Assembly: GCF_963921235.1 (NCBI RefSeq)
Contig: NC_086097.1
Span: 12,710,001 to 12,774,000 of the forward strand
Source: Mobula hypostoma
Taxonomy: Eukaryota
Length of the DNA: 64,000 nucleotides
Direction: 5' to 3'
In this document: in pieces, positions 49,864-61,953 of the stretch
Layout: the number at the start of each line of letters is the position of its first letter
Numbering within the stretch: position 1 is the stretch's first letter
Notes under the pieces: generated by a model
Database searches by the model: none
What the model saw: only the letters and a program-made list of their open reading frames with translations
What the model was told of the DNA's origin: nothing
Made by a program: the position numbers and the translations under genes

Positions 49864-50402
49864 CAAACACAAGGAATTCTGCAGATGCTGGAAATTCAAG
49901 CAACACACATCAAAGTTGCTGGTGAACACAGCAGGCCAGGCAGCATCTCTAGGAAGAGGTACAGTCGACGTTTCGGGCCGAGACCCTTCATCAGGACTAA
50001 CGGAGGGAAGAGCTAGTAAGAGATTTGAAAGTGGGAGGGAGAGGGGGAGATCCAAAATGATAGGAGAAGACAGGAGGGGAAGGGATGGAGCCAAGAGCTG
50101 GACAGGTGATAGGCAAAAGGGATATGAGAGGCTCATGGGACAGGAGGCCCAGGGAGAAGGAAAAGGTGGGGGGGGGGAAACCCAGAGGATGGGCAAGGGG
50201 TATAGTCAGAGGGACAGAGGGAGAAAAAGGAGAGAGAGAGAAAGAATGTGTGTATATGAATAAATAACGGATGGGGTACGAGGGGGAGGTGGGGCATTAG
50301 CGGAAGTTAGAGGAGTCCATGTTCATGCCATCAGGTTGGAGGCTACCCAACGGAATATAAGGTGTTGTTCTTCCAACCTGAGTGTGGCTTCATCTTTACA
50401 GT
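49864..50402 (-). mobile_element. Young 5'-truncated PLE insertion with a perfect 13-bp TSD
   Basis: ACTTTTAAAGCCG at 49851-49863 and 50403-50415. GIY-YIG C-terminus (CKDEATLRLEEQHLIF) plus 3' region. Confidence 0.9.
49963..49998 (-). ncRNA. Minimal type I hammerhead ribozyme motif with intact core
   Basis: AGTC-CTGATGA-A-GGGT-CTCG-GCCC-GAAA-C-GTC-GACT. Confidence 0.8.
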
Positions 50403-50586
50403 ACTTTTAAAGCCGTTGTTTTGGAAAAAAAAGTACTTGCTTTGCTTCCAGAGGTTGACAGAGCAATTCCTATGTTATCAATAAATAGCAACAGCAATGA
50501 GAGCTAAGATTTCTATGCCAAAGATATCCTCATGTATGGAAGGGTTAACTCAAGAAACCTCAGCATTGAAAACATGTGTGCCATAC

Positions 50587-50710
50587 GGTGCTGGGGAATT
50601 TTTGGAACTGTCTGAATTCTTGTAAACGCCAACTCTTAAAAAGCCCCCTCAAACGTCTGTGTGTTTGGTGATCAGAGGGCATTTGCTTTGCACTGTGTGT
50701 TTTATCTGCA
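50587..50710 (-). CDS. Candidate internal exon (ADKTHSAKQMPSDHQTHRRLRGLFKSWRLQEFRQFQKFPST)
   Basis: 124 nt, phase 2 to 0, only one frame open; acceptor ttgcAG, donor GTATGG. Confidence 0.4.
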
Positions 50711-52009
50711 CTGCAACCAAAATTAAGCAACATGCAACTTTGGTGCTTTTCAAGAAAAATCAAAGTTTGAATGCTAGCTTTAGGAGAAGGGGTGTGGTAA
50801 TTGTACGATGAGCTTCTATTATATACAGCATAGAAACAAGATTTGGGGTGTAGTGTACAGTGAGGAAGACTATCGTGGCTTGCATGGACCAGCTGGAAAA
50901 ATGGGCGGAAAAAGTGCAGATGGAATTTAATGCAGACAAGTGTGAGGTGTCGCACTTTGGTAGGATCAACCAAAGTAGGTCTTACACAGTGAATGATAGG
51001 GCATGAAGGAGTGTGGCACAACAAAGAGGTCTGGGAAAATAGGCCCATAATTCATTGAAAGTTTGATAGGGTTGTAAAGAAAGCTTTTTGCCCATTGGCC
51101 CTCTTAAATCAAAGTATTTAGTATATAAGATGGGATGTTCATTTGAAGTTTATAAGACATTGGTGAGGCCTAATTTGCAGTACTGTGTGCAGTTTTGGTC
51201 ACCCACCTACAGGAAAGATGTAAATAAGGTTGAAAGAATACAGAGAAAATTTATAAGGATGCTGCCAGGTCTGGAGGACCTGAGTTATAAGGCAAGACTG
51301 AATAGGTTAGCAACACACACAAAATGTTGTAGGATCTCAGCAGGCCAGGCAGCAGCTATGGAAAAGAGTACAGTCAACGTTTTGTGCCAAGACCCTTCAG
51401 CAGGAAGATTGAGAGGCAATTTGATAGACGTACACAAAATTATGAAGGGTATAGATAGAGTAAATGGAAGCAGTTTTTTTCTATTGAGGTTCAGTAGGAC
51501 TACAACTAGAGGTCATGGGTTAAGGGTGAAAGTTGAAATGTTAAAGGGGAACATGATGGAAAACCTCTTCGCTCGGAGATTTATGAGAGTAGAATGAACT
51601 ACCAGTGCAGGTGGTGCATGCAAGCTCGATTTCAATGCCTAAGAAAAGTTTGGATAGGTACATGGATGGTAGGGCTATGGAAGGCTATGGTCCTTGTGAA
51701 GGTCGATGGGAGTAAGTAGTTATACTGCCACAACATGGACTAGATAGGTCCTGTTTCTGTGCTGTAATTTTCTCTGACTATGACGCTGTGATATAGAACT
51801 CAACAGCACAATACAGACCCTTCGGCCCACAATGTTGAGCTGACCTTTTAACCTGCTCAAAGGTCAATCTAACTCTTTCCTCCGACATAGCCCTCCATTT
51901 TACTATCATCCATCTGCTCATCCATCTGCCTATCTAAAAGTTTCTTTATTGTATTAATTTGCATGGTTACATTTTTATGTGTCTCTGCAGGTGTCACCGT
52001 CCCCTTAAT

Positions 52010-53028
52010 CCACAGTACGTGTGCTTGCAACACTGTGTATCTGACAGAGTGATCAGCAGCACTGGGGCTCCACAGGGGACTGTCTTGTCTCCCTTTCTCT
52101 TCACCATTTACACCTCGGACTTCAACTATTGCACAGAGTCTTGTCTTCTTCAGAAGTTTTCGGATGACTCTGCCATAGTTGGATGTATCAGCAAGGGAGA
52201 TGAGGCTGAGTACAGGGCTACGGTAGGAAACTTTGTCACATGGTGTGAGCAGAATTATCTGCAGCTTAATGTGAAAAAGACTAAGGAGCTGGTGGTAGAC
52301 CTGAGGAGAGCTAAGGTACCGGTGACCCCTGTTTCCATCCAGGGGGTCAGTGTGGACATGGTGGAGGATTACAAATACCTGAGGATACGAATTGACAATA
52401 AACTGGACTGGTCAAAGAACACTGAGGCTGTCTACAAGAAGGGTCAGAGCTGTCTCTATTTCCTGAGGAGACTGAGGTCCTTTAACATCTGTCCGACGAT
52501 GCTGAAGATATTCTACAAGTCTGTGGTGGCCAGTGCTATCATGTTTGCTGTTGTGTGCTGGGGCAGCAGGCTGAGGGTAGCAGATGCCAACAGAATCAAC
52601 AAACTCATTCGTAAGGCCAGTGATGTTGTGGGGATGGAACTGGACTCTCTGACGGTGGTGTCTGAAAAGAGGATGCTGTCCAAGCTGCATGCCATCTTGG
52701 TCAATGTCTCCCATCCACTACATAATGTACTGGGTGGGAACAGGAGTACATTCAGCCAGAGACTCATTCCACCGAGATGCAGCACAGAGAGTCATAGGAA
52801 GTCATTCCTGCCTGTGGCCATCAAACTTTACAACTCCTCCCTTGGAGAGTCAGACACCCCGAGCCAATAGGCTGGTCCTGGACTTATTTCATAATTTACT
52901 GGCATAATTTACATATTACTATTTAACTATTTATGGTTCTATTACTATTTATTATTTATGGAGCAACTATAACAAAAACCAATTTCCCCTGGGATCAATA
53001 AAGTATGGCTATGACTATGACTATGACT
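52010..53028 (+). mobile_element. Rex1/Babar LINE 3' part with open RT C-terminus
   Basis: TGAPQGTVLSPFLF and FSDD, with a (CTATGA)n tail. Confidence 0.9.
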
Positions 53029-55084
53029 AAATGCTGCATGATATGGGGTAGTGTAGAAGTATCAAGATAGCATCTTCTTAGCGCAAGTACTTATCAACCA
53101 CAATATACCAGTGATGTTACAATTTAAGCTGTAGCTGGTAATTCACTGCCCATAACCCTCTCTCAGTATATTATTTAGTGCTACAATTTAATGTGGCTAA
53201 CTCTACCAGGATCTTGCCTCATCTTGTAGGCAGTAGTATCAATTCTTATATTTTTCATTCTTTTTTTATAATGCAGGTATCACTTTCAAGGCCATCATAT
53301 AACAACTGTCTCTAACTGCTCATAGGAATGTGATGATGTCTTCTGAATAACGTGGTCCATTTGGTAAAAATACTCTCAACGTCTGATTTGTTAAGGGATC
53401 TTCATCCAATGACAATGAAGGAAATTTAATGAATCAAAGTTCGAAGTAAATTTTATCATCAGAGTACACATATGCCACCACATACAACCCTGAGAGTCAT
53501 TTCCCTGTGGGCATACTCAGAAAATCTTTGGAATTGTAACTATAACAGAATCAATGAAAGATCAACTAGAGTGCAGAAGACAACAAACTGTTAAATGCAA
53601 ATCTAAATAAATCGCAGAAAGTAATGAGAACATGAAATAACAAAATAAAGAGCCCTGAAAGTGAGATCACTGGTTGTGAGAACATCTCAATGGATGGGCA
53701 AGTGAATGTAGTTATTCCCTTTTGTTCAAGAGCCTGATGGCTGAGTGGTAGTAACTGTTCTTGAAGCTGTTGGTGTGAGTCCTGAGGCTCTACTATCTTC
53801 TACCTGATGGTAGCAGTGAGAAAAGAGAATTGCCTGGGTGGTGAGGATATCTGATGATGGATGCTGCTTTCCTACAAAAACGTTTCATGTAGATGTGCTC
53901 AATGGCTGGGAGGGCTTTACCGTGATGTACTGGGCCGAATCCACTAACTTTTGTTGGATTTTCCTTTCAAGGGCATTGGAGTTTCCATACTAAGCCATGA
54001 TGCAGGCAGTCAATACACTCTCCACTACACATCTATGGAAGTTTGTCAAAGTTTTTGATGTCATGCCAAATCTCCACATACTCCGAAGGAATTAAAGACA
54101 CTGTCGCGCTTTCTTTGCAATAGCATTTCTATGCTGGGTCCAGAACAGGTCCTTTGAAATAGTAACACTAGGAATTTAAAGTTGCTGACCCTCTACCTCT
54201 GATTAGGACAGGGTCAGAATGATGAAATGAAAACAGAAAATGCTGGAGATACGCAGCAGGGCAGACAGCATCTGTGGAAAGAGAAACTGTTAGTAATTCA
54301 GGTCAAAAATCAATCACCAGTACTGAGAGAAAAAGAAGACTTAAGCAACACAAACCAAATGCTGGAGGGTTTCACCAGGTCAGGCAGCATCTATGGAAAC
54401 AAATAAATATCCAAGGTTTCAGGTTGAAATCTTCTTCAGGACTGGAAAGGAAGGGGAAAGACATCAGGATAAAAAGGCTGAGGAGGGGAAGGAGGATAGC
54501 TATAAGGTGTTAGATGAAGCCAGGTGGGATAAAGGGCTGGAGAGGAAGGAAGGAATCTGATAGGAGAGGAAAGTGGACCATTGGAGAAAGTGGAGGAGGA
54601 GGTGATAGACAGGTTGGAAGTGAGGAATAGACGAGGAGGGGAGGAGGTGGGAAGAATTTTTTTTACCTGAAGGAGAAGTCAATATTCATGCCATCATGTT
54701 GAAGGCTACCCACATGGAATATAAGGAGCTTTTCCTCCACCCTGAGAGTGGCCTTATCGTCGCATAAGAAAACTTAAGAACTGGGAAGTGTTTGGTTGTG
54801 GTTGATGGATGTGCAGGTGCTGAAGTTCCCTTGCACTTGCTATCTTTATTATTCTCTTTGGTGGAGGTCAGAGGTTACAGTCTTTTGTAGACAGTGCCAA
54901 TGCAGCCTTGCAGTGTGCACTATATATAAAATGTTCAACAATCAGACTCCTGAACCAATGTGGATAACTTCACTCACCTCAACACTGAACTGGTCCCACA
55001 ACCTTTGGATTCATTTCAGGTACTCTAGAACTCATGTTCTCAATATTATATACTTACTCTCTCTATATATTTTTTTTTTCTCAG

Positions 55085-56175
55085 CTCAAGCTGGTTAAGC
55101 CTGAGGTATGGGCATTGCCAAGCAATTTCTCCCAATTGCTAGGAACTTTTGGACTATTCTAGTGGTGTTTAGTTTTGTGGATTTCTGGAGATTTACATAC
55201 ATATTGCTGTGTAGCCTATTTGTTTAATGTTATTGTGCAGTGACTTTGGGATGATGCCAGTTGTAGATATTACTATTGCCACAACGTATACGCTGTTAAT
55301 ATTCCATAGTCTTTCAATTTCCTCTTTTAATTCAGCATATTTCTGGTGTCTTTCGCTTATTGATTTCTGTATGTTATGTGTGTTTGGAATGGCTGTATCT
55401 ATTAACTAAGTTGTTATTACTTGTTTATCCTGTAATATTACATCTGGATGGTTATTATGGATTGTCCTATCTGTAATAATGGATCAGTCATAGTATGATT
55501 TGTGGGATTCTGAATCTAAAACTGGATCAAGCATGTATTTATAGTGAGGTATGGTGTCTTTTATGAGTTTGTATTTTAAAGCAAAATTGTAGAGAAAGAT
55601 GTTTGCTACTTGATCGTATATGTGTAAGTAATCAATTAAGCTAGATTGCTGCAGGATCCTGTAATATGTTTGATTGTTTCTAGTTTCTCTTGGCATTTTC
55701 TGCATTTATCATCTTGAATTTGTTGGTCTTTTATTAAACATTTTTGATTATTTTTGGTGTCAAACACCTGGTCCTATGTCGCCACGAGGAACCCCTCTGT
55801 TACTGGGAAGAGGTCTCCAACTCTGAGCCAGATGGTTGACGCTTCCTTGTCGACCTCTAGTCTGCTCAGATGGTGGGGATGTTTTCCATGGAGGGTCATA
55901 CTCTTTCACTGGTTAACCTTTTCTTCTATAGTGCTTATTTCTTCTTCTTTCTGGGTTGTGCTATCTTTTAAGTTTAGTCGTGTGTACTTCTTATCAGAAA
56001 TGCAGGAGTGCAGAATCCTGTTTTCATTGATGAAACTATATCCTTAGAAGTTTTGTTTGACTGTTGTGTAAATTGTTTATGGCTGCTATTCCTCTTCCTC
56101 ATTCTGTCCCAGGTAGTGTTCATCTAAGTGCGGTTGAGTGTATGTAGTATTTCTAAAATTTGTCATCTCAGTTCT
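55085..56175 (-). mobile_element. Decayed R4/Dong-like non-LTR element (restriction-like endonuclease C-terminus)
   Basis: Minus-strand translation WLRVGDLFPVTEGF...CRKC...ETIKHITGSC (CCHC), then NHPDVIL...LID...KYAEL, with stops. Confidence 0.75.
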
Positions 56176-56490
56176 TATTTTTCTTTGTAGATTTTCCACT
56201 TATTATTATTATTAGTATTTTATTTGCACAGTTTGTCTTCTTTTGTACATTAGTTGTTTGTCAGTCTTCATTATGTGTGGTTTTTCATTGACTTTGTTGT
56301 ATTTATTTGTTCTACTGTGAATGCCTGCAAGAAAATGAATCTCAGGATAGTATATGGTTATACTTTGGTCATAAATTTATTTTGACCTGACTTTAACTTG
56401 AAGGTTCATGGAAGGAGAAAATGGCAAAATTGGAGGGAAACCCATTGTGCCCCAGACACTATTATCAGGTAAGTGACTGGTCAAGGTTAC

Positions 56491-56585
56491 CTCTCTCCTG
56501 TTTTTCTGGCAGCTTCACTTGTGCCCTTAGTCTGGTTACTTTTCAGATCAACAGTATTCCAAGGATGTTTCTGGGAATTTGCCAA
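56491..56585 (-). CDS. Candidate internal exon (LANSQKHPWNTVDLKSNQTKGTSEAARKTGE)
   Basis: 95 nt, phase 0 to 2; acceptor ttacAG, donor AG|GTAACC. Confidence 0.4.
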
Positions 56586-57184
56586 CTGTAATATTATTGA
56601 ATTTCAAAGAACATGGCAAAGCTCTGCAAGCCTCTGTAGTTCTGGAAGGATATACGAATTTACCCTGGAAACAGAACAGCAGAGATACATTGAATGGCTT
56701 GGAGGAAATAATGGGGTTGTCCTATGATAAGAGAATGAGAATACTGCCAAATAGTGACTCCAGTCGGGAAGGATGAGATTTGATCTCATTGAGATATGCA
56801 GGATTTCCAGAAGGATTTTGACAAGGTAAATGCTAAACAGTTGCTTTCTCTGACTTTCTAAAAATAGCAAACTTATAGGATAAGGGATCAGCAGAATAGG
56901 ACAGAGATAGAGAAAATTGACTTACGTAGTGAGTGTAAGTTCTTTGAATTTCGAAAACTTGGTCAGCGTTGAATGGGCTGCACAGCCGTGGACTCAGTTT
57001 CGGGGATTCTGCAGTTGATCTTCTGCTTATTTCTTTTTTTACTGTTTGCGCGATTTGCACTCTTTTGCAAATTGGTTATGTGGTTGCCTTGATGTATGAG
57101 TTTTTTAGGTGAATTCAGTTGCGTTTCTTTGTTTTGTGAGTTCTTGCAAGAAAACGAATCTCAAGGTTGTATATGGTATATTTA

Positions 57185-57700
57185 CAGTACTGTGCAAAAG
57201 TCTTAGGCACACATATATATAGCTAGCGTGCCTGAGACTTCTGCACAGTACTGTAGTAATTTTATGTATTGCACTGTACAGCTGCAGCAAAAAAAAACAA
57301 AATTCATGTCATATGGAGTGATGATAAACCTGATTCTGATATGGGTCTCCACTGTGGACTGAGAGTGGGAAGGGGGCCGGGAAAGGGCATTCACAGTTGA
57401 GAAAAGGGGAAGGGAAAGTGGGAAGCAGTGGAAAGCACCAGAGAGATATTCTGTAATGATACATAAATTAATTGTTTGGAATCAAGTGACCTTGCGTGTC
57501 TCAGGGCTGGGTGTGTCTGCACCCGTGCCACCCCCCACACCTGGCACTCCTTCTCTGCCACCTGTCTCACATCCCTCCCGCGGTGTTCCACCCTCACCAT
57601 TCCCAACATCATTCACTACCCGGAGATTTACAGACTCACTCTTCACTCCACATTCACAAATACAGTACTATTCAAAAATTGTAGGCACCCTATGTATATA
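57185..57700. mobile_element. Composite repeat: 69-bp TA-flanked palindrome, ~410-bp core, and a second partial palindrome
   Basis: CAGTACTGTGCAAAAGTCTTAGGCAC...GTGCCTGAGACTTCTGCACAGTACTG (57185-57253). Related copies lie at ~9408-9785, 46893-47030 and 48578-49090. Confidence 0.75.
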
Positions 57701-58830
57701 TGTTTCAAGTGTGAAACAGAGAGATTCTCAAACTTCAAGGAAACCAGAGACCATTGGATTAAGTGATCAAATTACACTGAATGTGTGATTAACTGTGATA
57801 TCGTTGAATAGCACTGTTGACTCTGGGAGCCAGAGGGCTCAGCCCTCTTCTGTTTCTGGTATCCTTTATCATGTTTCCTTATTAGACACGATTGTTGATC
57901 TGGCTTTTGTGTGTTACATGGATGAAATAGACAGGAAACTGGAACACATAAACAAAATGCTGGAAGAGCTCAATGCATCTGTGGATGCAAAAGGTGCATG
58001 TTGACATTTCGGGTCAAGAACCTGCATAAGGAAAGAGGAATGACGGTCAGTGTACAGACGTATACAGGAGGGGTGGGACAAAGGTTTGTAGGTGTTAGGG
58101 ATACAGAAAGAAACAGGTGGTGTGGGAGAGAGACAGTGAAGCCAAATGCAGATGGAAAGTACAATGTGTCATTTTCCACTTGGGCAACCTAAAATCCAAT
58201 GGTATGAACATAAGATTTTCCAATTTCAGGTATTCTCACACTCCCACATACACTCATTTGTCCACCATGGTTTCTTCTGCTTTAGTTTCCCTTTCCAAAA
58301 AGCTTCCCTCTCTCCCATCTGATTCCATCCACCCATCATCTGCTCACTCATGTGTTTCCACTTTCTGGCTTTTTTTCTTTGTCCCATCCCTCATTCTTAC
58401 TTCAGCAAAATGAGTAATCTTTCCATTTTCCTCTCAGTCCTGATAGAGTTAGAGAGCTATAGTAAACCAGCAGGCCCTTCGGCCCACCTAGTCCATGCTG
58501 AACAATTTAATCTGCCTAGTCCCATCGACCTGCACCCAGGCCATAGCCCTCCGTACCCCTCCCATCCATGTAGATATCCAAACTTCTCTTAAACTTTGGA
58601 ATGAAAGTTGTATTCACCACTTGTGCGGGTAGCTGGTCCACACTGTTACCACCTTCCAAGTGAAGAAGACCCTCCTCGTGTTCCCCTGAAACATTTTAAC
58701 TTTCAGCCTTAGCACCTTAAGGATCTGAACCTGAAACATCTTTTTCCCTCCACAGAAGTTGCTTAACCTTCCAAGTTCTGCAGGCATAATTATTTGCGTG
58801 TGTGTGATTCACATATTGCTTGCCACTCAC

Positions 58831-58858
58831 CAGTCCAAGTCTGAAAGTTGCCCATTTC
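58831..58858 (-). CDS. Candidate 28-nt micro-exon (KWATFRLGL)
   Basis: Near-consensus acceptor tatttcAG and donor GTGAGT; phase 2 to 0. Confidence 0.4.
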
Positions 58859-59327
58859 CTGAAATATACTGACACAGAATGCTTAATTTCTTCAGGAGGA
58901 ACAAATTGCATTCAACATTGTGCATTCATCAGTAAAATCTTCACTTCTGACTTGATTCACATTCAGATCCAAATTTATTTATTGCATGTACATTCAAAAA
59001 CAGAATGAAATGTATCATTTGTGTTAACAGCCAACACGCCCAAGGATGTGAGGGGGCAGCCCGTAAGTGTCACCACACATTCTGGTGCCAACATAACATG
59101 CCCACCATGCTTGGCAGAAAAGACAACAAAACAGAGCACAACAAGCACCAAAACAGCAACAGCAAAACAAGTCCCTTTCCAACCAAAGTCCTTTGGTTGT
59201 CCTTTGTCATGTGCCCACGTCACTGACATTTGAATGCAATGTGGAGGTGTAGACCACCTCCACATGGTCTCTTGAATTCCCCCATATCCCGTCCCTAAAC
59301 CCTAACCTGACATCCAAATCTCCTACT

Positions 59328-59638
59328 AAAGGCATCCGTTAGTCTTGCGAGACCATGGATCTGTGCCTGGAAAGTCTTCAATCTCCAGGGCGCAGGCCTG
59401 GGCAAGGTTGTATGGAAGACCAGCAGTTGCCCATGCTGCAAGTCTCCCCTCTCCACAACACCAATATTGTTCAAGGGAAGGGCATTAAGATCCATACAGC
59501 TTGGCACCAGTGTCGTTGCAGAGTAATGTGTGGTTAAGTGCCTTGCTCAAGGACACAACACGTTCCCTTGGCTGGGGCTCAAACTCACAACCTTCAGGAC
59601 TCTAGTCCAATGCCTTAACCACTTGGCCACGTGCCCAC
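59328..59638 (-). mobile_element. tRNA-derived SINE (second family)
   Basis: A box TGGCCAAGTGG, B-box-like GTTTGAGCC, and a GTGTCCTTGAGCAAGGCACTTAAC segment. Confidence 0.8.
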
Positions 59639-59888
59639 ACCAAATCTCCAATCTGTCCCCAAAATCAACCCTATGAAACTAAAAATAAAACTGCAAAAAA
59701 AAACAACTAAGACTAAATCGTGACCTCAATGGAGACCACATTTTGGCGTAATTTTGACCCCCAAGTCCCCAGATTGGGTTACAAGCCTAACTCCCTGTTC
59801 AGCATCTCAGACTGATCACGAAGAGCAAGTTTTCAATGAAACTGCCTGACGATGTTAAAACTAACCAATTTGCAATAATGTCTTGGGC

Positions 59889-61546
59889 TCAGACTGTTAA
59901 CCGAGAGAAAAAGGAGGTCACCCTCAAAGCGGGTCTCCCACCTGGTGAACCGCTTCTCTCACTTTCCACCTCCGATGTTTGAGCCACCCTGAGCAGGGTG
60001 AATGTACGGAAGGCAGCTGGTCCAGATGAAATACCTGGCCGTATGCTCAGAGTCTGTGCAGGACAGTTGGCTGGGGTCTTCACGGACATTTTTAATCTGT
60101 CTCTGGCCCAGGCAGTTGTCCCCATAAGCTTCAAGATCGCCACCATCACACCAGTGCCGAAGCATTCCACTGCCACGGGCCTGAATGACTTCCGTCCAGT
60201 TGCACTCACCCCCATCATTGCAAAGTGCTTTGAGAGACTGGTTCTATCACATCTGAAATCCTGTCTGCCCTCTACCCTGGACCCCCATCTATTTGCCTAT
60301 CACACCAACAGGTCAACAGAGGATGCCATCTCCAAAGCACTTCACTCTGCCCTGACCTACCTGGACAGCCCCAAGTTTTACGTCAGGATGTTGTTCATTG
60401 ACCTTAGTTCAGCATTCAATATTGTGATCCCCTCCAAGCTGATTACCAAACTTCGCCAGCTTGGTATCAATGTATCCCTCTGCAATTGGACCATGAACTT
60501 TCTGACTAACAGACCCCAATCAGTTAAGTTAGACAACCTCTCCTCCTCCACTCTTACCCTGAACACCGGCGTGCCTCAAGGCTGTGTGCTGAGCCCTCTT
60601 CTGTACTCCCCTTTCACTTATGACTGCGTTCCTGTACATGGTTCTAACTCCATAATCAAGTTAGCAGACGACACCACAGTGGTTGGTCTGATCAGAGGGA
60701 ATGACAAGACGGCCTACAGGGACGAAGTCCAGCACCAGGCTGCGTGGTGTGCCGGCAGCTACATGGCCCTTAACGCCCAGAAGACCAAGGAGATCATTGT
60801 GGACTTCAGGCACGCCAGGAGTCACACTCACCTCCCCATCTACATCAATGGAACTGTAGTGGAGCGTGCATCAAGCTTCAAGTTCCTTGGTGTCCACATT
60901 TCCGAGGATCTCACCTGGTCCCTGAACTCCTCCATCCTGGTCAATAAGGCACAACAGCGCCTTTATTTCCTGCGGAGCATGAAGAAAGCTCACCTCCGTC
61001 CCAGGATACTGACGGACTTTTACCGCTGTACCATTGAGAGCATACTCACCAACTGCATCTCAGTGTGGTATGGCAATTGTCCCATATCGGACCGCAAGGC
61101 ACTTCAGAGTGTGGTGAAAACTGCCCAGCGGATTATCGGCACCCAACTGCCCACCATTGAGAACATCTACCATAAACGCTGCCTGGGCAGGGCGAAAAGC
61201 ATTATCAGGGTTGCATCTCACCCTAACCATGGACTTTTTACTCTCCTCCCATCCGGTAGGCGCTACAGGAGCCTCCGCTCCTGCACCAGCAGGTACAGGA
61301 AGAGCTTCTTCCCTGAGGCTGTGACCCTGCTGAACCTCACATCACAGCGCTAAGCAGTATTGCACCCGTATTGTACTGTCTCAGTACTTTTATATTTGTG
61401 TGCTGTAGCACTTCTTTTATTCGCAGTTATTTTGTAAATAACACTATTTTTTGCATTTCTGGTCAGATGCTAAATGCATTTCATTGGCTTTGTATCTGTA
61501 CTTGGCACAATGACAATAAAGTTGTATCTAATCTAATCTAATCTGA
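59889..61546 (+). mobile_element. Rex1/Babar LINE, 5'-truncated, with open RT ORF 59998-61353
   Basis: [23 protein letters not shown] and LADD, with an (AATCT)n tail. No endonuclease domain is retained. Confidence 0.92.
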
Positions 61547-61599
61547 TCTGAGCCGGCAGCATAAATGGCTGTCAAATGGACTGTCGTTGTTTTGTTGTT

Positions 61600-61805
61600 C
61601 CTTGTCCGAGTCCAAGTCGGAGTCCTGACTCCTTGTCCAAGTCCAAGTCGGAGTCCCGGCTCTGTGTTCCAGTCCAGTCCAGTCCAAGTCAAGTCTCCGA
61701 GTCCTGAGTCAAGTTCCAAGGCTCCGAGTCCTAGTCAAGTCCTGGTTCCAAATTCCCAGTCAAGTCAAGGTCCTGGTTCCGAGTTCCAAGTCAAGTCAAG
61801 TCTGT
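61600..61805. repeat. Degenerate (AGTCC/AAGTC)n tandem repeat, possibly inside an LTR fragment
   Basis: Read directly from the sequence; the LTR origin is a guess. Confidence 0.65.
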
Positions 61806-61873
61806 CTCCGTGCCTGTGTCCTGCACTTCGGTCCGCCCTCAACGCCCCCTTGTAAGACCATAGTTACTTAGAG

Positions 61874-61953
61874 CAGGGGTTCTCAACCTGGGATCCACAG
61901 ACTCCTCTATTAATGATAGGCGTCCATGGCATACAAAAGGTTGTGAACCCCTG
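61874..61953. mobile_element. 80-bp hAT-type MITE
   Basis: Terminal repeats CAGGGGTTCTCAACCT / AGGTTGTGAACCCCTG; 8-bp TSD ACTTAGAG / ATTTAGAG. Confidence 0.85.

Noticed and set aside
59560..59638. tRNA-like sequence (also the heads of the V-SINE-like copies)
   Set aside because: These are SINE heads that continue into SINE bodies, without a complete cloverleaf.
61565..61855. Ser/Pro-rich ORF and a superficially CRISPR-like periodic repeat
   Set aside because: It is a degenerate pentamer microsatellite with no unique spacers, in eukaryotic context.
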